Source of the DNA: Geotalea uraniireducens Rf4
GTDB taxonomy: Bacteria > Desulfobacterota > Desulfuromonadia > Geobacterales > Geobacteraceae
Length of the DNA stretch: 32,000 nucleotides
Reading direction: 5' to 3'
NCBI RefSeq assembly: GCF_000016745.1
Contig: NC_009483.1
Coordinates: 2,190,001-2,222,000, forward strand
The position numbers were made by a program, and so were the translations under genes. This document shows, one piece after another, positions 26,327-32,000 of this stretch. Below the pieces are notes generated by a model. It worked only from the letters and a program-made list of their open reading frames with translations. It made no database searches and was not told the origin of the DNA. Each line of letters begins with the position of its first letter. The first letter of the stretch is position 1.

Positions 26327-26713
26327 ATGTTTGAGCATCATGATTCTGAAGGGATTCAATCCCGGAAAGAAAAGAAATCCCCGTTTGTTCTCAGGATTGT
26401 ACTTTACCTTATGCTCATCATTGTAAGCTGTTTCGTTGTGTATGTTTTTTTCATCCGTTTCAGTTCTCATAAAGAAGAGTACTGTACATTGGAAAAAAAA
26501 GTATTTGCCGAACGCTGTGTCTCCTGTCATGGTGCCGATGCCAGGGGATTGATCGGGCCTGACTTGACACGTAAGGATTTTACGTATGGGAAGACCGAGG
26601 CAGCGTTAATGAAAACCATTACTATGGGGCGTCCCGGCGGTATGCCGGCTTTCGGTGACAATTTATCCTGCGAACAGATCAAGTGCTTGGTGCAGTTCAT
26701 CCTTTCTTTATAA
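26327..26713 (+). CDS. Membrane-anchored monoheme c-type cytochrome (class I)
   Basis: A single CxxCH ('CVSCHG') and a distal Met region ('GRPGGMPAFG') follow an N-terminal TM helix ('FVLRIVLYLMLIIVSCFVVYVFFI'). The ATG at 26327 lies 6 nt after AAGGAG; the track ORF starts 26 codons earlier. Confidence 0.8.
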   Translation: MFEHHDSEGIQSRKEKKSPFVLRIVLYLMLIIVSCFVVYVFFIRFSSHKEEYCTLEKKVFAERCVSCHGADARGLIGPDLTRKDFTYGKTEAALMKTITMGRPGGMPAFGDNLSCEQIKCLVQFILSL

Positions 26714-26785
26714 TGCAGCCAGTGCCGAAAATCGCTTCGGCAGTTGACGCCCGTTTGTCGCATCTTTTCGTTAAATACTTCTCTC

Positions 26786-26815
26786 TTGACAATACTCGGT
26801 ACTCTTTGTTATTTA
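26786..26815 (+). promoter_or_regulatory. Candidate sigma70 promoter upstream of tig
   Basis: A perfect TTGACA (26786-26791) is separated by an 18-nt spacer from TATTTA (26810-26815). Using it would imply a 5' leader of roughly 190 nt. Confidence 0.25.
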
Positions 26816-27010
26816 TATAAATCTCCAATTTTCGGATTGTCGTAAAAATTAACAATAAATTGGCAATCGGCAATCATTTGAGACAACGCCACATACGTAG
26901 CACCATCCTGATAAATTCTACTCAATGCGCTTTCCCGCCTTGAAAATCAATCAATACTGGTTTGCGAGCAGAGATTCTGCCAGATAATGTTAAATAAAGA
27001 GAGGATCACA

Positions 27011-28312
27011 ATGCGGATTAATGTTGAATCGTTAAGTTCAATCAAAAAGAAGATTAATTTTGAAATACCTTCGGAGCGCGTTGCTTCAGAAGTTGAGAAG
27101 GCTTATGGCGAAATCAGGAAACATGCCGCCATCAAGGGGTTCAGAAAGGGAAAGGTGCCTAAAGACCTCCTCGTGAAGCATTTCAGCGATAAAATGGCCG
27201 ATGACGTGCTGAAGAATATTATTAATGACACCTATTTTAAAGCCCTGATGGATGAGAATATCTATCCGGTTTCGCATCCGGTTATCGAGAGCGATGAGTT
27301 GAAGGTTGGTGAGTCGTTCAAGTATTCTGCAACCGTTGAAATCTTTCCTGACGTAGTGGTTAAAGATTATACGGGGCTTGAGGTTAAAAAGGAAAAATAT
27401 GTCTTCAATGAAGAGGTTATAGCAAATCGGTTAAAAGAGATGCAGGAAAACATGTCTCACCTCGAACCGGCTGATGCTCAGCATTCTGCAATGAATGGTG
27501 ATTTTGTAACCTTTGATTTTAAAGGATTTGTGGGTGGTGAGCCATTTGACGGTGGGGCTGCGGAGGATTATCAACTCGAGCTTGGTTCCGGCAGGTTCAT
27601 TCCCGGCTTTGAAGATCAGATAGTAGGTATGAAAGTTGGCGACGAAGGGGAAATAAAAGTGACTTTCCCTGAAAACTATGGTCAAAAGGATCTGGCCGGT
27701 AAGGAAGCGACTTTTGCTGTAACGATAAAAGAGATTAAAGTAAAAGAACTTCCTGAATTGAACGATGACTTTGCCAAGGACTTTGGTGAGTTTGAGAGTC
27801 TCGATCAGCTGAAGGCGAAGATCTCCGAAGTCTATGCCTTGCAGGAAAACGAACGAATCGAAACAGAGTTGCGGGAACGGCTTATCAAGGCTCTCATCGA
27901 TAAAAACAACTTTGAAGTCCCTGAAACACTTATTGATAAACAGCTCAACCTCATGCTTGAAAACAGTAAGAAAAGACTTGCCATGCAACGGCTTACCATG
28001 GAAATGATGGGGCTTAATGATGAAGGATATAAAATTCAGTTCAGAAGTGTAGCCGAAACCCAGGTTAAAGGGTCTTTGTTGCTGGAGGCTCTTGCCAGAC
28101 AGGAATCCATTCAGGTTGCAGACGATGACTTGGACGCTAAAATAAAAGAGATTGCGGCACAGAACAATCAAGAACTGGAAACGGTAAATAACTTCTATCA
28201 GCAGAACGCCCAGGCAAAGGAAAACCTGACTGCCCAGCTTAAGGAGGACAAGGTGGTGGATTTTCTGTTGGCTAAGGCTAAAATAGATGAGGTCGATCGT
28301 AGCGAAATCTAG
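27011..28312 (+). CDS. tig: Trigger factor
   Basis: 'MRINVESLSSIKKKINFEIP' is a typical trigger-factor start. 'GFRKGKVP' is the ribosome-binding signature, and 'GDFVTFDFKGFVGGEPFDGG' marks the PPIase FKBP domain. AGAGAGGA lies upstream of the ATG at 27011. Confidence 0.95.
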   Translation: MRINVESLSSIKKKINFEIPSERVASEVEKAYGEIRKHAAIKGFRKGKVPKDLLVKHFSDKMADDVLKNIINDTYFKALMDENIYPVSHPVIESDELKVGESFKYSATVEIFPDVVVKDYTGLEVKKEKYVFNEEVIANRLKEMQENMSHLEPADAQHSAMNGDFVTFDFKGFVGGEPFDGGAAEDYQLELGSGRFIPGFEDQIVGMKVGDEGEIKVTFPENYGQKDLAGKEATFAVTIKEIKVKELPELNDDFAKDFGEFESLDQLKAKISEVYALQENERIETELRERLIKALIDKNNFEVPETLIDKQLNLMLENSKKRLAMQRLTMEMMGLNDEGYKIQFRSVAETQVKGSLLLEALARQESIQVADDDLDAKIKEIAAQNNQELETVNNFYQQNAQAKENLTAQLKEDKVVDFLLAKAKIDEVDRSEI

Positions 28313-28342
28313 ACCAGGCGCTTATAATTTATAGGAGTTGTT

Positions 28343-28942
28343 ATGCTTGTACCAATTGTTGTAGAGCAAACCGGTAGGGGGGAGCGGTCTTATGATATTT
28401 ATTCGAGGCTCCTTAAAGACAGGATCGTCTTTCTCGGCGGTGCCATAGATGATGCCATTTCTAACCTGGTTATAGCTCAGCTTCTGTTTCTGGAGGCAGA
28501 GGACCCGGATAAAGATATCCACCTGTACATTAATTCACCGGGCGGGGTGGTGACTGCCGGTATGGCTATCTATGACACGATGAGGTATATTAAGGCCCCT
28601 GTTTCAACAATCTGTGTCGGTCAGGCTGCTTCCATGGGTGCTTTTTTGTTGTCGGGTGGAGAAAAAGGAAAACGTTTCAGCCTTACCAATTCGCGGATCA
28701 TGATACATCAACCCCTTGGCGGTTTCCAGGGACAGGCGACAGATATTCATATCCACGCCCAGGAAATCCTCCGCATGAAGAAAAAACTCAATGAGCTGAT
28801 GGCTGAGCATACCGGCCAGCCTGTTGAAAAGCTTGAAGCCGATACGGAACGAGATTATTTTATGTCTGGTGAAGATGCAAAGAACTATGGTATTATAGAT
28901 TCAATAATTTCCAGAAACACAATTACGGGAGGTTCCCGGTGA
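28343..28942 (+). CDS. clpP: ATP-dependent Clp protease proteolytic subunit
   Basis: The translation includes '[19 protein letters not shown]', '[11 protein letters not shown]' (catalytic Ser) and 'MIHQPLGG' (catalytic His). Confidence 0.97.
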   Translation: MLVPIVVEQTGRGERSYDIYSRLLKDRIVFLGGAIDDAISNLVIAQLLFLEAEDPDKDIHLYINSPGGVVTAGMAIYDTMRYIKAPVSTICVGQAASMGAFLLSGGEKGKRFSLTNSRIMIHQPLGGFQGQATDIHIHAQEILRMKKKLNELMAEHTGQPVEKLEADTERDYFMSGEDAKNYGIIDSIISRNTITGGSR

Positions 28943-30192
28943 GTAGAAGAGATGACCGGTCAGACAATTTGATCTGTTCCTTTTGCGGAAAGAGCCAGGA
29001 AGAGGTCAAAAAGCTGATTGCAGGACCTACAGTTTACATTTGCGACGAATGTATTGAGCTTTGTAACGACATTATTGCCGAGGAGTCCAAGCTTGAAGAG
29101 GCAATGGGGCCTGATGTTAAGAAACTTCCAAAACCACAGGAAATTAAAGAGGTACTTGACGAATACGTAATTGGCCAGAATCAGGCCAAGAAGGTTTTGG
29201 CCGTTGCGGTTTATAACCATTACAAACGTATCGAAGCAATGGCCAAGCCGGGTGAAGTGGAGATGCAAAAGAGCAACATTTTGCTTCTCGGTCCGACCGG
29301 TTCCGGCAAGACCCTCTTGGCACAGACACTGGCGAGGATACTTAAGGTGCCATTTGCCATGGCCGATGCGACGAATCTGACAGAGGCCGGTTATGTGGGT
29401 GAGGATGTGGAAAACATCATTCTTAATCTGCTTCAGGCTGCAGATTATGATGTAGAAAGGGCACAAAAAGGGATTATTTATATCGACGAGATAGACAAGA
29501 TTGCTCGCAAGTCTGATTCTCCATCCATTACCAGAGACGTATCCGGTGAAGGAGTACAGCAGGCTCTCTTGAAAATCATCGAAGGAACAGTGGCGAGCGT
29601 TCCACCAAAAGGCGGACGAAAGCATCCCCAGCAGGAGTTCCTGAAGGTAGATACGACAAACATTTTATTTGTCTGCGGCGGTGCCTTTGCCGGTTTGGAG
29701 AATATTATCCAACAGCGCATCGGGGTAAAAACACTTGGTTTCGGTGCCGATGTTAAGAAAAAGATTGAAAAAAAAGCGGGTGAACTGCTTATCGGTGTAA
29801 CACCGGAAGATCTTCTCAAGTTTGGTTTTATCCCTGAGTTTGTCGGCCGTCTCCCGGTTCTTGCCTCACTTACAGAACTGGATGAAGAAGCAATGGTTCA
29901 GATCCTGAAAGAGCCGAAGAACGCTCTTGTCAAGCAGTATCAGAAACTATTTGAGATGGAACATGTAAAACTCAAGTTCACCGACGGTTCTCTGGTGGCG
30001 ATCGCCAAAGAAGCTTTGAAGAGGAGAACCGGTGCAAGAGGGCTGCGCTCGATTCTGGAGAACGCCATGCTCGATATTATGTATGAAATCCCTTCGCAGG
30101 TCATGGTGAAGGAGGTTGTAATCAGCGAAGATGTGATTTATAACAAAGAAAAACCGATTATAGTCTATGAAAGCGTGGCGGAATCCGCCTGA
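28939..30192 (+). CDS. clpX: ATP-dependent Clp protease ATP-binding subunit ClpX
   Basis: The N-terminal zinc-binding domain ('CSFCGKSQ...[10 protein letters not shown]'), Walker A ('[11 protein letters not shown]') and Walker B ('[10 protein letters not shown]') are present. The GTG start overlaps the clpP TGA (GTGA). Confidence 0.97.
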   Translation: MSRRDDRSDNLICSFCGKSQEEVKKLIAGPTVYICDECIELCNDIIAEESKLEEAMGPDVKKLPKPQEIKEVLDEYVIGQNQAKKVLAVAVYNHYKRIEAMAKPGEVEMQKSNILLLGPTGSGKTLLAQTLARILKVPFAMADATNLTEAGYVGEDVENIILNLLQAADYDVERAQKGIIYIDEIDKIARKSDSPSITRDVSGEGVQQALLKIIEGTVASVPPKGGRKHPQQEFLKVDTTNILFVCGGAFAGLENIIQQRIGVKTLGFGADVKKKIEKKAGELLIGVTPEDLLKFGFIPEFVGRLPVLASLTELDEEAMVQILKEPKNALVKQYQKLFEMEHVKLKFTDGSLVAIAKEALKRRTGARGLRSILENAMLDIMYEIPSQVMVKEVVISEDVIYNKEKPIIVYESVAESA

Positions 30193-30202
30193 CGTATAGG
30201 AT

Positions 30203-32000
30203 ATGTTCATGCCAGAAAAAGCAAATGCCGGTCGAAACAAGAGAGGGAATCCGACAAGGTTCCCTCTCTTTCCATTAAGAGATATAGTGATTTTCCCCCA
30301 TATGGTGGTTCCGCTCTTTGTCGGTCGCGAAAAGTCCATCTTGGCGCTTGAAGCAGCCATGAATGGTAATAACAAATATATACTTCTGGCCACTCAAAAA
30401 AATGCTAAGAGTGAAAACCCCCGCGAAGAAGATATCTATCGGTTAGGAACAATCTGTCAAATAATCCAACTGTTGAAGCTTCCCGATGGTACTGTTAAGG
30501 TTTTGGTTGAAGGTAAACGGCGTGGCTCCATAGTTTCTTTTCTTCCTGATGCCGGTTATTTCCAGGTTGAGGTCGAGGAGGTTAGTGAGTCTAGTCCGAA
30601 GAACGCGAAATTGGAAGCACTAATCCGTGGGATATACTCAACCTTTGAAAGATATGTTAAGCTGACAAATTCGATCCCTGGCGAAATAAGCAATGCGGTT
30701 ACCAATATTGCAGAGCCGTCGAGGCTTGCCGACAGTATAGCTGCGCATCTGAATATAAAAGTGTCCGATAAGCAGGAAGTACTTTCAATCACTTCCCCCG
30801 CAAAGCGGTTGGAGAAACTTCTTGTTTTAATGGAATCAGAAATTGAAATTTTACAGATTGAAAATAAGATTCACTCTCGTGTAAAAAAACAGATGGAGAA
30901 AGCGCAGAAAGATTATTATTTGAACGAACAGATGCGCGCCATCCAGAAGGAACTTGGCAATAAGGATGATTTTAAGCAGGAACTTCGTGAACTGGAAGAG
31001 AAGATTGAGAAGCGAATATCATCAAAAGAAGCCAAGGATAAGGCATTTGTTGAACTTAAGAAGTTGAAGCTGATGTCTCCAATGTCTGCTGAAGCAGCTG
31101 TGATAAGAAACTATATTGACTGGTTGGTTTCTTTGCCTTGGGATAACTCTACTGCGGATAATAACGACATTGTAACAGCTGAAGCCGTTCTGAATGCCGA
31201 CCACTACGGACTTGACAAGGTTAAAGAGAGAATCCTCGAATATCTTTCCGTAACTTCACTCGTGAATAAAATCAACGGCCCGATACTCTGCCTGGTGGGA
31301 CCTCCCGGGGTTGGTAAAACCTCGCTGGTTCGCTCCATTGCCAAGGCTACCGGACGCAATTTCGTCAAGATGTCTCTTGGTGGGGTTCGGGATGAAGCGG
31401 AGGTTAGGGGACATCGCCGTACTTATGTTGGCGCCTTGCCAGGAAAAATTATTCAGAACATGAAAAAGGCGGGAAGCAGCAACCCGGTTTTTCTTCTGGA
31501 CGAAATTGATAAGATGAGTGCTGACTTCCGAGGCGATCCGGCTTCAGCCCTACTTGAGGTTCTTGATCCCGAACAGAATCATGAGTTCAATGATCATTTC
31601 CTTGATGTAGACTATGATCTTTCCAAGGTTATGTTCATAACTACTGCCAATTCACTTCATAATATCCCCAAACCGCTTCTTGATCGGCTGGAAGTGATTA
31701 AGCTTGATGGTTACATGGAAATGGAGAAACTTGCAATTGCGAAAGAGTATCTCGTGCCGAAACAACTGGCTGCGAATGGTCTTGAGGGAAAAAACGTCTT
31801 GATTGCAGACAGGGCAATTCTGGAGGTTATCCGCCGTTATACCCGCGAAGCAGGGGTGCGTAATCTGGAAAGGGAGATTGCACACATCTGTCGTAAGATT
31901 GCTCATATGATTGTTAAGGGAGTCAGGAAAAAACTCGCCGTCCAACTGAAGCATGTTGGTGAGTATCTTGGTGTTCCTCGCTTTAAATATGGAGTCGCTG
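30203..32000 (+). CDS. lon: Lon protease (ATP-dependent protease La), N-terminal ~600 aa; continues past window end
   Basis: This gene is absent from the ORF track because no stop codon falls in the window. Reading the frame from ATG 30203 (or in-frame ATG 30209) gives '[27 protein letters not shown]', '[16 protein letters not shown]' and Walker A 'GPPGVGKTS' (31298-31324). Confidence 0.94.
   Translation, partial: MFMPEKANAGRNKRGNPTRFPLFPLRDIVIFPHMVVPLFVGREKSILALEAAMNGNNKYILLATQKNAKSENPREEDIYRLGTICQIIQLLKLPDGTVKVLVEGKRRGSIVSFLPDAGYFQVEVEEVSESSPKNAKLEALIRGIYSTFERYVKLTNSIPGEISNAVTNIAEPSRLADSIAAHLNIKVSDKQEVLSITSPAKRLEKLLVLMESEIEILQIENKIHSRVKKQMEKAQKDYYLNEQMRAIQKELGNKDDFKQELRELEEKIEKRISSKEAKDKAFVELKKLKLMSPMSAEAAVIRNYIDWLVSLPWDNSTADNNDIVTAEAVLNADHYGLDKVKERILEYLSVTSLVNKINGPILCLVGPPGVGKTSLVRSIAKATGRNFVKMSLGGVRDEAEVRGHRRTYVGALPGKIIQNMKKAGSSNPVFLLDEIDKMSADFRGDPASALLEVLDPEQNHEFNDHFLDVDYDLSKVMFITTANSLHNIPKPLLDRLEVIKLDGYMEMEKLAIAKEYLVPKQLAANGLEGKNVLIADRAILEVIRRYTREAGVRNLEREIAHICRKIAHMIVKGVRKKLAVQLKHVGEYLGVPRFKYGVA

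Noticed and set aside
1-32000. I scanned for tRNA, rRNA, tmRNA, CRISPR repeats, IS-element or transposase genes, integrase genes, and phage or toxin-antitoxin genes.
   Set aside because: No regularly spaced direct repeats, cloverleaf-like conserved tRNA boxes, or transposase or integrase-like translations were seen in any frame. Gaps between features are short and are accounted for by promoters, terminators and leaders. Small ncRNAs cannot be excluded without covariance-model searches.

Overview
This window looks like an ordinary core chromosomal region of a Gram-negative bacterium. Gene content and protein sequences resemble Geobacter/Desulfuromonas-type deltaproteobacteria, but that taxonomic guess is inference only. 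I count 29 protein-coding genes, nearly all recognisable housekeeping genes. In order they are: hisS (3' part), a YibQ-type divergent polysaccharide deacetylase, an orphan ParA/MinD-like ATPase with an unrecognised C-terminal half, xseA, a HAD hydrolase and thrC. Next comes a five-gene minus-strand operon: MBL/class-II cNMP-phosphodiesterase-like protein, MlaE-like permease, degenerate MlaF-like ATPase, long MlaD/MCE protein and a TPR lipoprotein. The classic block rimP-nusA-ylxR/L7Ae-infB-rbfA-nrnA-truB-rpsO-pnp-M16 peptidase-dut follows, then an M29 aminopeptidase and tsaC. A small AT-richer three-gene patch (membrane protein, patatin-like phospholipase, membrane-anchored monoheme cytochrome c) precedes tig-clpP-clpX-lon (lon runs off the 3' edge). 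I saw no rRNA, tRNA, CRISPR array, transposase, integrase or obvious phage gene. No clearly novel multi-gene system such as a defence island is evident. The item most worth a second look is the Mla-like operon: its nucleotide-binding subunit has lost Walker A, Q-loop, ABC signature, Walker B/catalytic Glu and H-loop, and it is tightly coupled to a phosphodiesterase-like MBL hydrolase and a TPR lipoprotein. Secondary items are the ParA-like ATPase with an approximately 200-aa unknown C-terminal domain, a mutually exclusive hairpin/U-tract attenuator candidate in the rimP-nusA-infB leader, a structured rpsO-pnp intergenic leader, a YlxR-L7Ae fusion, and the patatin patch with a clustered GAAACTA heptamer. 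All calls rest on reading the translations and sequence by eye; no database searches were run.
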